The position numbers and the translations under genes are program-made. From positions 256,001 to 320,000 of the forward strand of contig CP046106.1 in NCBI GenBank assembly GCA_013343275.1: a stretch of 64,000 bases of DNA, in the 5' to 3' direction. This stretch comes from Candidatus Nanohaloarchaea archaeon. Lineage in GTDB: Archaea > Nanohalarchaeota > Nanosalinia > Nanosalinales > Nanosalinaceae. A model generated the notes under the pieces. It ran no database searches and had not been told where the DNA came from. It saw only the letters and a program-made list of their open reading frames with translations. The number at the start of each line of letters is the position of its first letter. The first letter of the stretch is position 1. Below, one piece after another: positions 10,082 through 19,733 of this stretch.

Positions 10082-10129
10082 ACGCAATATATAGGGAGAA
10101 TTCTCTCCCTCCCCCACGATATGTTGTGT
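10082..10129. promoter_or_regulatory. tandem NrdR boxes
   Basis: ACGCAATATATAGGGA (10082-10097) and CCACGATATGTTGTGT (10114-10129) fit the acaCwAtATaTwGtgt consensus, 32 bp apart, upstream of nrdR-nrdJ. Confidence 0.85.
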
Positions 10130-10264
10130 TTTGTCTGTCAGAGTTTTTCTGGTGCATTCCTTAAATACCTGTCCATGTGAAGGCCGTTCGCACACCGAGA
10201 ATAATTATCGGGCAGTCACAACAGGATCGATGTTTATTTAATACTGGTACTGCTTCGGTTATCT

Positions 10265-11188
10265 ATGAGGAACTCTGCTGACGACGCCCAGAGAGTAATC
10301 GACCAGGCAACCGCAAAACTTGGAAACTTTGATGTCGACATCGAGGCCGTTCGTGAGCAGAAACCCGAAGGCAGCATGCAGACCCTAGATTCTATGGACG
10401 AACTCATGGAGCTCGCAGAATCCAGTATGCCGGACTCCGATATCGATATATCACGTGATATAGACACGGAAATAATGGATGAAGTATATTCTGCCCTGAG
10501 AACCAACGCCGATAGAAGAAACGATGGCTACAACCAGTTCAGAGGCCTTGCCGCTGTGGAGAAGGGAATCAATCCGGCAATGATTACAGGAGCAAAGCCC
10601 GAGACTGTAGATTCCTGGTACGAAAAGTTCAGGGACGCAGGCCTGACATACACCGAGAATGGCGATGAAATGCTTACTACAGAAGGAGAAATCTTCATGG
10701 ACGAGGCCTACGGTTTCCTGGACGCCATAGGTAAAGACCAGGATACACGGGAGGTACAGGAGTACATTGCGGAGGCCTTCGGCAGCTTCAGCAGAAGGGC
10801 CTCGAACCAGGAGGTTCCATTGACAGGTTTCATATATGCTGCGGACGAAGAGCCTTCAACCAGTCGGATAGCGGAGGCCTCCGATGTCTCCAAGAGAACA
10901 GTGTACAACTGGATGGAGAAATGGAACGGTGGGGAAGGCCTGGGATTCATCCGCGGGGAGCCTCGGGACCGCAAGCTTACTGGCAGAGGCCTTCGTGCTT
11001 ATGAAATGGTGGAGAACCAGCACCGTGCACTTGACGTGGCCTCGGAGATGAAGGCCTCGATGATCGAGGAGTTAGAAGAAGATAGAACTGGTTCTGATTC
11101 TCTGCCGTTTATTCCAGGTAATCAGCAGCTTGTGGAGCGGTACCTTGACGATTCATCGCTTGCAGAGAAGTATATGGAGCGAAACTGA
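10265..11188 (+). CDS. hypothetical protein with duplicated winged-HTH modules
   Basis: Repeats ETVDSWYEKF..GL...LTTEG and RTVYNWMEKW..GL...LTGRG. Confidence 0.65.
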   Translation: MRNSADDAQRVIDQATAKLGNFDVDIEAVREQKPEGSMQTLDSMDELMELAESSMPDSDIDISRDIDTEIMDEVYSALRTNADRRNDGYNQFRGLAAVEKGINPAMITGAKPETVDSWYEKFRDAGLTYTENGDEMLTTEGEIFMDEAYGFLDAIGKDQDTREVQEYIAEAFGSFSRRASNQEVPLTGFIYAADEEPSTSRIAEASDVSKRTVYNWMEKWNGGEGLGFIRGEPRDRKLTGRGLRAYEMVENQHRALDVASEMKASMIEELEEDRTGSDSLPFIPGNQQLVERYLDDSSLAEKYMERN

Positions 11189-11239
11189 AAAACATCTTTT
11201 TGAAACTTGTAGACAAGTCTTGAGTAGAGTATACTAGCC

Positions 11240-13036
11240 ATGGCAAAGAAAATTATACCAGACACCTCTATCATAATCGACGGAAAACTCTCCTATCTTA
11301 TCGAAAAAGGAGATATAGAGGAAGACATAGTAATTCCGGAGTTTGTTGTAGACGAGCTCGAGAACCAGGCCAATGAAGGCAAAGAAACTGGTTACAAAGG
11401 TATCGAGGAGATCAAGGAGATCCGGATGCTCGCCGAGAGGGAAGATCTAGGCCTCGAGTTCAAGGGCAGGAAGCCTACATCCGAAGAGATAGAGATGGCT
11501 CACGCAGGAAGGATCGACGCACTGATCCGGGACATGGCAGAGGAAATGGATGCAACACTCTACACGGCCGATAAAGTCCAGGCGAAGGTTGCCAGGGCCA
11601 AAGGTATCGATGTCCGGCAGTTTGAACAGGAACGGAATGTAGAGTTTTCGCTGGAGGATTACTTTGACGATAAAACTATGAGTGTACACCTCAAGGAGGG
11701 AGCAACGCCGAAAGCGAAGAGAGGGCTTCCTGGCGAGTTCGAACTTGAGGAGATAGGTAAAGAAATACTTACACACGACGAAATGTACGACCTGATCAAC
11801 GAGACAATGGAGAAGGCCGAGATCTCCGATGAAGGTCTTGTCGAGATGGAGGAAGACGGTGCAACAGTTATCCAGCTTGGAGATTATAGAATCGCTATGA
11901 CACGGCCTCCTTTCTCGGAAGCAGCAGAGATTACAGCTGTAAGGCCTGTCGCAAAAGTTACGCTTGACGATTACGAAATGAGCGAGAAGCTATTGAACCG
12001 GTTGAAGACCGAGGCCGAGGGAATCCTGGTTGCAGGTGCGCCGGGACACGGTAAATCCACCTTCTCACAGGCCCTTGCAGAATACTACAGAGAGCAGGGA
12101 GAGGTCGTGAAGACCATGGAGAAGCCTAGAGACCTGGATGTCAGCGAGGATATTACTCAGTATACGGCTCTGGATGAGTCGATGGAGGATACCGGAGACT
12201 TCCTTCTGCTGGCTCGTCCTGACTACACAGTCTTCGACGAGGTAAGGAAAACGGACGACTTCGAGGTATTCTCCGACATGCGTATGGCAGGAGTGGGAAT
12301 GATCGGTGTTGTCCACGCTTCGGAAGCGGTCGATGCTGTTCAGAGACTGATCGGAAGGGTAGAGCTCGGAATGATTCCACAGGTCTGTGACACAGTAGTC
12401 TTCATTAGAGACGCCGAGATCGCAGAGGTCTACAAGATAGAGCTTACAGTTAAGGTACCGGAAGGAATGACGGAAGAAGACCTTGCAAGGCCTGTAATCC
12501 AGATCTCAAGGTTCGAAGACGATACACCTCAGTACGAGATCTACACATACGGAGAGGAAACAGTAGTAGTACCTGTATCCGACAGAGATGAAAGAGAGAC
12601 AGGAACACAGAAACTGGCAAAGGACCAGCTTAACCACTACTTCCAGCAGTACGCCGACAACCCCAGGATAGAGTTCCTGTCAGACAACCATGTACAGGTA
12701 GAGGTTGACGAAGACAATATCGCCCAGATCATCGGTAAAGGAGGCCAGAACATCGACAGGATAGAGGACGAGCTAGGCCTAGACATAACTGTCGAACCGA
12801 AGACAAACACCTTGAAGAGCGACACAGGTTTCAATGTCGAGGAAAGAGGCAACTCCGTAATAATCGGTGTCGGAGAGGAGATGTCGGGCGAAGAAGTGGA
12901 CATATATGACGAAGACGAGTTCCTCTTCGCAGCAACCGTCGGCAAGAACGGAGAAATCTCATTAACCAAGCAGTCCGACCTCGCAGGCCGTGTTCTTGGT
13001 GCAGCCGAGCAGGGCGATTTGAAGGTCCGGAGCTGA
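11240..13036 (+). CDS. PIN-domain P-loop ATPase with KH domain (PINA family)
   Basis: IIPDTS PIN start, GAPGHGKST Walker A, VFDEVR Walker B, IIGKGG KH motif. Confidence 0.93.
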   Translation: MAKKIIPDTSIIIDGKLSYLIEKGDIEEDIVIPEFVVDELENQANEGKETGYKGIEEIKEIRMLAEREDLGLEFKGRKPTSEEIEMAHAGRIDALIRDMAEEMDATLYTADKVQAKVARAKGIDVRQFEQERNVEFSLEDYFDDKTMSVHLKEGATPKAKRGLPGEFELEEIGKEILTHDEMYDLINETMEKAEISDEGLVEMEEDGATVIQLGDYRIAMTRPPFSEAAEITAVRPVAKVTLDDYEMSEKLLNRLKTEAEGILVAGAPGHGKSTFSQALAEYYREQGEVVKTMEKPRDLDVSEDITQYTALDESMEDTGDFLLLARPDYTVFDEVRKTDDFEVFSDMRMAGVGMIGVVHASEAVDAVQRLIGRVELGMIPQVCDTVVFIRDAEIAEVYKIELTVKVPEGMTEEDLARPVIQISRFEDDTPQYEIYTYGEETVVVPVSDRDERETGTQKLAKDQLNHYFQQYADNPRIEFLSDNHVQVEVDEDNIAQIIGKGGQNIDRIEDELGLDITVEPKTNTLKSDTGFNVEERGNSVIIGVGEEMSGEEVDIYDEDEFLFAATVGKNGEISLTKQSDLAGRVLGAAEQGDLKVRS

Positions 13037-13070
13037 ACAAATAAATACAGTATTCTCTCATTTTCTTTCT

Positions 13071-14237
13071 GTGAGACAGTTACAGGTAACAGTTCCCAAG
13101 GGATCCAAGGATATTACTAAGGAGGTACTGGAAGATTACTCTTCAGATATCTCTTCTTCAGAAGCCGAAAAGAATGAGGAAAAGGTTATAGAGTTCACGG
13201 CAACTGTCGACTCCGACGAAATCGACGAACTTACAGAAGACCTGAAGTCTCTAGATGATATCGATGTCGGCGAGCTCTCGATAAGAGTGCTGGAGCAGGA
13301 ATCTCTAATCCAGAAAGGCCAGAAAACAAAGGGTTCCAGCTCGGAGCTCTCGCAGGAGGAACTGTACAGCAAGGCCCAGGAGTTCTCAGGATTCTCCCGC
13401 CCACAGTGGGGTTTAATCGGTCTTTCCTCCGCAATTGCTGCATATGGCATCGCTCTGGACAACGTTATAGTTGTTATAGGTGCAATGATGCTGGCACCGA
13501 TGCTTTCACCTTTTGTCTCAGCAGCACTCTCACTGGCCGTCGGAGACAAACAATTACTGAAAGGCTCACTGCTTGCAGGCGTTGAAAGCATAGTAATCGC
13601 CGTAATTGTATCCACAGCAGCTCTTACAATCATACCTTTGAATAGAACAGCGGTTCTGGACATGATTATAGCTCCAGGCTTCCCTACTATAATGCTATCA
13701 TTACTTGTCGGAGCTGCCGCAGCACTAACATTTACCACAGGCCTGAGAGACCAGATAGCAGGAGTTGCCGTAGCCATCGCACTGGTACCTCCACTGGCAG
13801 CAGTAGGAGTAGGATTGAACCTACAGGACTACTACCTGGCCGCTCAATCAGCCTCTATAGCCCTTCAAAACGCTCTCTCGATTATAGTGGCAGGGTTCGC
13901 AGCATTCAAGATTCTAGGCGTAAAACCCAGCACATACTACAAGAAGAAGGAGGCGGAGAAGCTGAGGCCTGTCGTCACTGCAGCAATAGTGATCATGTTC
14001 GTGGTATCGGTACCTATCACATTTATCTCGTATCAGAGCCATGAACCGTACAGTATCCAGAAAGACGTTGAGAAGACTGCTGGAAACTTCTTCGGTGAAG
14101 ATCTTGTGTCAGTAAGCCTAGACAACTCAAAGGTCAGAGCTCTCGTAGTCGGAAACCACAGTGAACAAGAGTTCCGGCAGAGACTTCCAGAAGGCCTTGA
14201 AGTGAATATAGTCGAGCTACAGAGTTACAGAGAATAA
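13071..14237 (+). CDS. DUF389/TIGR00341 membrane protein
   Basis: VIGAMMLAP and GVAVAIALVPP motifs, multiple TMs. Confidence 0.9.
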   Translation: MRQLQVTVPKGSKDITKEVLEDYSSDISSSEAEKNEEKVIEFTATVDSDEIDELTEDLKSLDDIDVGELSIRVLEQESLIQKGQKTKGSSSELSQEELYSKAQEFSGFSRPQWGLIGLSSAIAAYGIALDNVIVVIGAMMLAPMLSPFVSAALSLAVGDKQLLKGSLLAGVESIVIAVIVSTAALTIIPLNRTAVLDMIIAPGFPTIMLSLLVGAAAALTFTTGLRDQIAGVAVAIALVPPLAAVGVGLNLQDYYLAAQSASIALQNALSIIVAGFAAFKILGVKPSTYYKKKEAEKLRPVVTAAIVIMFVVSVPITFISYQSHEPYSIQKDVEKTAGNFFGEDLVSVSLDNSKVRALVVGNHSEQEFRQRLPEGLEVNIVELQSYRE

Positions 14238-14275
14238 GAAACTAAAGAGAAGGAGTGGAGAAGGTAGAAAAGGCC

Positions 14276-15445
14276 TTATTTCCTGTGTTCTTCTCTCTTC
14301 TCTTTCTCCTTTCTGATCTGGGTGTTGATGTCGTTAAGTGCTGTGTCCAGCGTATCCATCATGTCCCAGCCTTCTTCCTGAGCGGTTACAACGCCGAACT
14401 CGCAGTCAAGCTTGACTGTGAACTCATATCGGTGCTGCTTGCCGTCTTTGTCGAACTTCCTTACTCTGACAGTGAAAGATTTAGGTTTCTCAACTTTTCT
14501 GCCAAGAGTTCCTCTCATCGTCTTCTCAATCTTCTCGTGGACGACAGCCTTCTCCTCATCTACATCAAGGCCTGTAATCTGTACCAGTAGCATGTCGCTT
14601 ACCTGGTAGCCAGCTACATGGTCGATGAAGTCCTTGACAGCCACAATACTGACAGGGTAGTCGTCGTCAGTTATGATTATCTGGCTGCTTTCGTGGTCGT
14701 TCATCAGTTCTACGGCTTCCCGTCCTTCCATATGGCCTTCATGTGTGAGAGGTGTTCTGTTCATGATCTCGCTGACATTGATATCCGTCATCTTCAGCTT
14801 CTTGTTGCCGCCAGCGATCTGTGTTTCCTTATCGGTAGGGCCTGATGTTCCTCCTGGCGAAGGGCTTTCCTTAGGGACGATTGTGGTGAGTATGTCCGTG
14901 CTGTCGACCATTCCTGTCAGGTTGCCGTTGTTGTCAAGTACTGGCAGTCGGGAGATGTTGTTGTCCAGCATCTTGTGACGTGCTTCTTCGATACTGTCTT
15001 CTTCAAATACTCGGATTACTTCGTTTGAACCTATGGTTCTGGTGTTGGTGTCGTCAATTTCCTCTGCTTCTGCAAAGGCCTCTCGGAACTCTGTATCGTC
15101 GATTTTTCCGACAAGCTTTCCTCCTTCCTCCAGTACAAGCATCTTGCGGCCGGAGTTGATCCTCAGTTCTGCGAGGTCAACGAGGGAGTCCTCTTCGTCG
15201 AATCTCGGAGGTTCGTGCATTACCTGGTCTGCCTTTGTTTTCTCTGGATTGAACTGGATGTGTCTGATTACATCTCTGTACCCTACAGCCCCTTTCAGAT
15301 TATCTTTTTCGTCTACTACGGGAACTGCTCTCAAGTCGTTCTCTTCCATTCTCGTCTTGATTTTGGATACCGCCATATCAGGTGAGACGGTTACTGGGTC
15401 TGCGTTCAGTACTTCTTCTGCCGTTATCTGGTTTACAGATTTCAT
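14276..15445 (-). CDS. CBS-domain protein with C-terminal HPF/RaiA-like domain (candidate hibernation factor)
   Basis: Four CBS repeats (AVPVVD, SRLPVLD) followed by VQITG...EGWD..DTLDTAL..I.TQI, as in HPF-like folds. Confidence 0.75.
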   Translation of the reverse strand: MKSVNQITAEEVLNADPVTVSPDMAVSKIKTRMEENDLRAVPVVDEKDNLKGAVGYRDVIRHIQFNPEKTKADQVMHEPPRFDEEDSLVDLAELRINSGRKMLVLEEGGKLVGKIDDTEFREAFAEAEEIDDTNTRTIGSNEVIRVFEEDSIEEARHKMLDNNISRLPVLDNNGNLTGMVDSTDILTTIVPKESPSPGGTSGPTDKETQIAGGNKKLKMTDINVSEIMNRTPLTHEGHMEGREAVELMNDHESSQIIITDDDYPVSIVAVKDFIDHVAGYQVSDMLLVQITGLDVDEEKAVVHEKIEKTMRGTLGRKVEKPKSFTVRVRKFDKDGKQHRYEFTVKLDCEFGVVTAQEEGWDMMDTLDTALNDINTQIRKEKEKREEHRK

Positions 15446-15459
15446 TTTGTTAATTCACC

Positions 15460-15960
15460 TTAATCTACGAGGAACTTGTCCGAGTTTTCATCCATGTCGA
15501 TGAAGTTGGTGGCTGATTCTCTGATTTCCTTTGCGGATGATTTACCGAAGCTCATTACTTCCACTCGGCAACCCATGGACTTGAGATGGTCGACGAGGAC
15601 TGCAAAGTCTCCATCTCCCGTAACAAGTACGATAGTATCAAGCTTTTTAGCCTGCTGGATCATATCGACAGTCATGCCGAGATCCCAGTCTCCCTTCTTT
15701 TCTCCGCCGTAGAACTCTTTCAGCTGTTTGATTTCAACTTCATAACCAATCTTGCGAAGTGCTTCGAAGAAGTTGCTTTCGTCAGGCGTATCAGCTTTTA
15801 TAACGTAAGCTGAGGCCCTTACAAGCTTCCTGTTCATCACTGCGGCATCAAGAAGCTTTTCAAAGTCTACTTTGGAGTTGTAAAGATTTTTCGCGCTGTA
15901 GTACATATTTTGAACGTCAACGAAGACGCCTACTCTCTGATCTTTATGAATATTTGACAT
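15460..15960 (-). CDS. NYN (LabA/DUF88) domain protein
   Basis: VFVDVQN, KGDWD, LVTGDGDF motifs. Confidence 0.92.
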   Translation of the reverse strand: MSNIHKDQRVGVFVDVQNMYYSAKNLYNSKVDFEKLLDAAVMNRKLVRASAYVIKADTPDESNFFEALRKIGYEVEIKQLKEFYGGEKKGDWDLGMTVDMIQQAKKLDTIVLVTGDGDFAVLVDHLKSMGCRVEVMSFGKSSAKEIRESATNFIDMDENSDKFLVD

Positions 15961-16052
15961 TAATTTAACCTCTAATTTCTAGAAAATCGATTCAAGAACG
16001 ATTTTCGGTACAAAGAACTAAAGTCGGACGAAGCTTAAAAGGACTTTGGTAC

Positions 16053-16610
16053 TCAATCCACCGAACGCCAGAGATAAAGACTGGCGATACTTCTGTACGG
16101 TTTCCACTCCTCAGCCTTTTCTCTCATCTCGCTCCTGGAGTCGAGGCCGTACAGTTTCTCCATAGCCTTCCTGATACCTAGGTCCTCAACAGGGAAAACG
16201 TCCTCACGGGCCAGTACAAAGATCATAAACATCTTCGCAGTCCATTCGCCTACCCCATGAATATCCGTCAACTCTTCAATCACTTCTTCATCCGGCATCT
16301 TCGAGAATTTCTCTGGAGAAAGATTGTCTTCCTGGAAATGCTTTGCTGCCGACCTGATGTAATCTATCTTCTGCCTTGAAAGCCCTACATCAGAAAGATT
16401 CTCTTCATTGGCATCCAGCAAGGCCTCCGGGGTTATCTCAAAGTTTTCGAAAAGTCTTTCTCTGATGGCCTCTGCTGACTGTGTGGATAGCTGCTGGTTG
16501 ACAATCGAGACAACCATTCTCTCGAAGGGTTTATTGGAGGCCTCCAGTTCCAGCTCTCCGTGTTCCTCGATCAGAGCTCTCAGTTTTTCGTCTTCTTTCA
16601 GCGGTTCCAT
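16053..16610 (-). CDS. alkA: DNA-3-methyladenine glycosylase II (HhH-GPD)
   Basis: SIVNQQLS, LTDIHGVGEWTA, DVFPVEDLG, WKPYRS. Confidence 0.92.
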   Translation of the reverse strand: MEPLKEDEKLRALIEEHGELELEASNKPFERMVVSIVNQQLSTQSAEAIRERLFENFEITPEALLDANEENLSDVGLSRQKIDYIRSAAKHFQEDNLSPEKFSKMPDEEVIEELTDIHGVGEWTAKMFMIFVLAREDVFPVEDLGIRKAMEKLYGLDSRSEMREKAEEWKPYRSIASLYLWRSVD

Positions 16611-17452
16611 TATTCTCTGAGTTCCAGAACCTTCTCCAGGTTCTCCTTGTATCCGTCTCTTTCGTCGCTCGGTGTTTCAAGGATCATAGGCAGGTCTTCA
16701 AACTCCTCTGCGTTGACGATGTTGGAGAAGCCTTCATCTCCGATCTTCCCGCACCCTATATCCTGGTGGTTGTCTTTTTCTGAACCTTTCTCGTCTTTTG
16801 AATCGTTAAGGTGTAGAACTTTGATCTTGTCCAGGCCTATGTCTTCCCTAATTTCCTGAAGAAAGTCCTCGAATCCTTCCTCGGTTTTCAGGTCGTATCC
16901 TGCGGCGTGTGCGTGGCATGTGTCGATGCAGACTCCGATCTTCTCGTCCGGCGTGTCCGCGTGTTTGATCATATCTCTGAGTTCGCCCATCGATCTTCCG
17001 AGGGTTGTGCCTTTTCCGGCCGTATTTTCAAGTAGTAAAGTTACGTTTTCCGGTATGTTCAGTTCGTCGATTCCTTCGGCAATCCTCTTTACTCCTGTAT
17101 CTCTTCCGCTCCCGGTATGTGCTCCTGGATGGAATACAACGTATTCGACTCCTAAAGTGCTCGCGGCATCAAGTTCGCTCTGGAGACAGTTCAACGATTT
17201 CTCGAATAGATCGTCTTTCGGCGTTGCAAGGTTTACCAGATAGGTGGAGTGAATCACGTACGGGTTCTGGCCTTTCTCATCTCTGAGGTCTTGGAATTCC
17301 TGTCCGTCCTCTTCGTCGTATTCTGATACGCTCCAGGTTCTTGGAGATCCTGCAAATATCTGACCGCAGTTACCTCCTATCTCTTCCTGGCGTTCGATCG
17401 CTTTGTCAAGGCCTCCCGAAATACTGACGTGTGCACCTATTCTGATGTTCAT
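16610..17452 (-). CDS. nfo: endonuclease IV
   Basis: IGAHVS, HSTYLVNL, FHPG, LLENTAG, CIDTCH, HLNDSK, ILETP; start placed at MNIRIG (17452). Confidence 0.95.
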   Translation of the reverse strand: MNIRIGAHVSISGGLDKAIERQEEIGGNCGQIFAGSPRTWSVSEYDEEDGQEFQDLRDEKGQNPYVIHSTYLVNLATPKDDLFEKSLNCLQSELDAASTLGVEYVVFHPGAHTGSGRDTGVKRIAEGIDELNIPENVTLLLENTAGKGTTLGRSMGELRDMIKHADTPDEKIGVCIDTCHAHAAGYDLKTEEGFEDFLQEIREDIGLDKIKVLHLNDSKDEKGSEKDNHQDIGCGKIGDEGFSNIVNAEEFEDLPMILETPSDERDGYKENLEKVLELRE

Positions 17453-17541
17453 ACTGAAACCTGGAAGGGAGAACTTGAAATAATCTTTCGAAACAGGTAG
17501 GCCTGCCATTAAAAAGAGTTTGTGTAATATAGTTGAACTAT

Positions 17542-18609
17542 ATGTCACAGAAAATCTTGGATAAACTGACGCACCTTCAGGAGAACCATGCTCTGGAAGT
17601 CGTGCTTTTCTTCCTGTTGTTGACGGTGGCAATGATTCCGGGTATGGGCCGTGTTGAGACGATTGTGGCTCTGGAGAATATGATGCCGTCAAGTTCTGAG
17701 CCGGTCAGAGAGTTCAACAATCTCAGGGCAGAAGGAATAGGCAAAGACTCTATTGCTGTACAGATCACAGCAGGCAAGGGCGCGGACGGCGTCGAATCCA
17801 TAGGCAGTGAAACGGCCCGCCAGTACATCGAACAGCTTGCCAAGGATATCGAAGACATATACGGAGTTACAGAGGTCTATACACCCTACGAGATGGAAGG
17901 CCTGATAGATGACAGGAACAGGACGGCTGTGATAATTGCATATACCTATATGGGTGATTCTGGAAGCTCTATGGATAGAATATTCAATGAAGTAAAGGAG
18001 GAAACACAGTATAACAGACCTGAAGGAATTAAGGCGTCTGTTTCGGGAGTTCCTGCAGTTCAGCAGAGACTTTCCTCCATGGTCCAGCGCGATAAAAATG
18101 TTACTACAGCTATTTCTCTTTTCCTGGTGTTTCTGATAACTTTAGGCCTGTTTGAAGGCTCTTTAACCTCTTCGATCATGCCACTTATTGTTGTAGGCCT
18201 GAGCGTGGTCTGGCTTTATGGAACAATGGGTTACCTAGGTATACCTCTTTCAACGCTTGCAGGATCGGTAGCTGCGCTGGTTATAGGTATAGGTATCGAT
18301 TACTCGGTGCACATCCTGAATACTTACAGATTCCATCGTAGAGACAATACTGTGGGAGAGGCGCTCTCTGAGGCGGTAGGCGAGACAGGAGTAGCTATTG
18401 TTGCTACCTCTGTCACAACTATCAGCGCCTTTATGGCCTTTCTCTCAGGTAAAATGCCAGAGATGCACAGGTTCGGAATTATAATGTCGATAGGAATTGG
18501 CTACTCGCTTATTTTCAGCTTCTTCCTCCTGCCATCTGTATTCGTTTTGGAGGAGAAGTTAATCAACAAAATCCATGAATCTGTCAAGTGGAGGCATGAT
18601 TTCCGATGA
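17542..18609 (+). CDS. MMPL/RND-family transporter (half-size)
   Basis: GIGIDYSVH motif, single RND repeat. Confidence 0.88.
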   Translation: MSQKILDKLTHLQENHALEVVLFFLLLTVAMIPGMGRVETIVALENMMPSSSEPVREFNNLRAEGIGKDSIAVQITAGKGADGVESIGSETARQYIEQLAKDIEDIYGVTEVYTPYEMEGLIDDRNRTAVIIAYTYMGDSGSSMDRIFNEVKEETQYNRPEGIKASVSGVPAVQQRLSSMVQRDKNVTTAISLFLVFLITLGLFEGSLTSSIMPLIVVGLSVVWLYGTMGYLGIPLSTLAGSVAALVIGIGIDYSVHILNTYRFHRRDNTVGEALSEAVGETGVAIVATSVTTISAFMAFLSGKMPEMHRFGIIMSIGIGYSLIFSFFLLPSVFVLEEKLINKIHESVKWRHDFR

Positions 18610-18661
18610 TTAGAAGGTTAACATCTTCTGCTAAATCAGGAGAAACCTGGAGGTTTTTCGG

Positions 18662-19723
18662 ATGATTATTGAGGAGTTGGCAGCCCGGACAGTTGAGATA
18701 CAGTCTGAAAGCCCTTACAAGGTACTTATGGTTCTGGGAGTACTGACTGCAATGATTCTGCCGGGCACCATGATGCTTGATATTAAGCCCAGTACTGAGG
18801 CCATACTTCCTGCAGATGATCCTGTAGTTGAATCTCTAGATACTTTGCGGGCCAAGTTTGCAGGAGATACAACCTATCTCGTGATTAACGCTGAGAATGA
18901 TATACGGAAGGCAGAGAACTTCGAGAGCATGTTAAGGATTCAGAAAAGGGTTGAACTATCATCAAATGTTCTCTCTACGAGTTCGCCTGCTTCGATGCTG
19001 GAGAGACGGTACGGTGAGATTCCTGAAGACGCTGATAGGCTGAAACAGTTCAACTACAGGAATATGGTTACGGAAGATTACAGAACTGCGGTAGTGGCTA
19101 TACGGGCAGATACACAGGCCAGTTCATCGGAGATCAGAAAACTGCATAACCGGATTCAACAGGTGGCTAACTCCGAGTTCCGTAGATCACAGTATCATCT
19201 GACAGGATACAATATGATTAATCTGGCGACATTCCAGGTTATAATCAGAGATTTCATGACTATAACAGCAGTCTCCTTTACTGCGGTTCTCGGCGTGCTT
19301 TACGCAGTTTTCAGAGATCCACGGAAGATGATGTATCCGATTGTACCTGTGATGTTCTCTCTGATCTGGATGCTGGGCCTCGGAGGATACCTCGGAGCAG
19401 ACCTTACAATAATCTCTATGGTATCTGCAGCCATGATAATGGGCCTCGGTATCGACTTTGGCATCCATGTGACGAAGAAGTATTTCTCCACAAAGAGAGG
19501 TACTGAAGGAATGAGCGAGACAATGATAGAGCTTTCCAGAGGCCTTCTTGGAGGGGCTGCAACGACAGGAGTTGGTTTTCTGGCCTTACTTGCAGCTAAT
19601 CTTACAGGAATGCACTCTCTTGGAATATTTCTGTTTACAGGTATAATTTCGGCCTATATTGGTGCTACCATCCTGCTTCCAACCCTTATACTGATTTCAG
19701 ACGGTAAAGAATCGATTGTATGA
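18662..19723 (+). CDS. MMPL/RND-family transporter (half-size)
   Basis: GLGIDFGIH motif, paralog of the upstream gene. Confidence 0.88.
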   Translation: MIIEELAARTVEIQSESPYKVLMVLGVLTAMILPGTMMLDIKPSTEAILPADDPVVESLDTLRAKFAGDTTYLVINAENDIRKAENFESMLRIQKRVELSSNVLSTSSPASMLERRYGEIPEDADRLKQFNYRNMVTEDYRTAVVAIRADTQASSSEIRKLHNRIQQVANSEFRRSQYHLTGYNMINLATFQVIIRDFMTITAVSFTAVLGVLYAVFRDPRKMMYPIVPVMFSLIWMLGLGGYLGADLTIISMVSAAMIMGLGIDFGIHVTKKYFSTKRGTEGMSETMIELSRGLLGGAATTGVGFLALLAANLTGMHSLGIFLFTGIISAYIGATILLPTLILISDGKESIV

Positions 19724-19733
19724 AAATGATACT

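Noticed and set aside
17453-17692. N-terminal extensions in the ORF track for nfo (also glmS 39161, osmC 29170, PCD 48568, GATase 63106)
   Set aside because: They overlap neighbouring genes or promoters, and family alignment begins at downstream starts (GlmS needs Cys at position 2)
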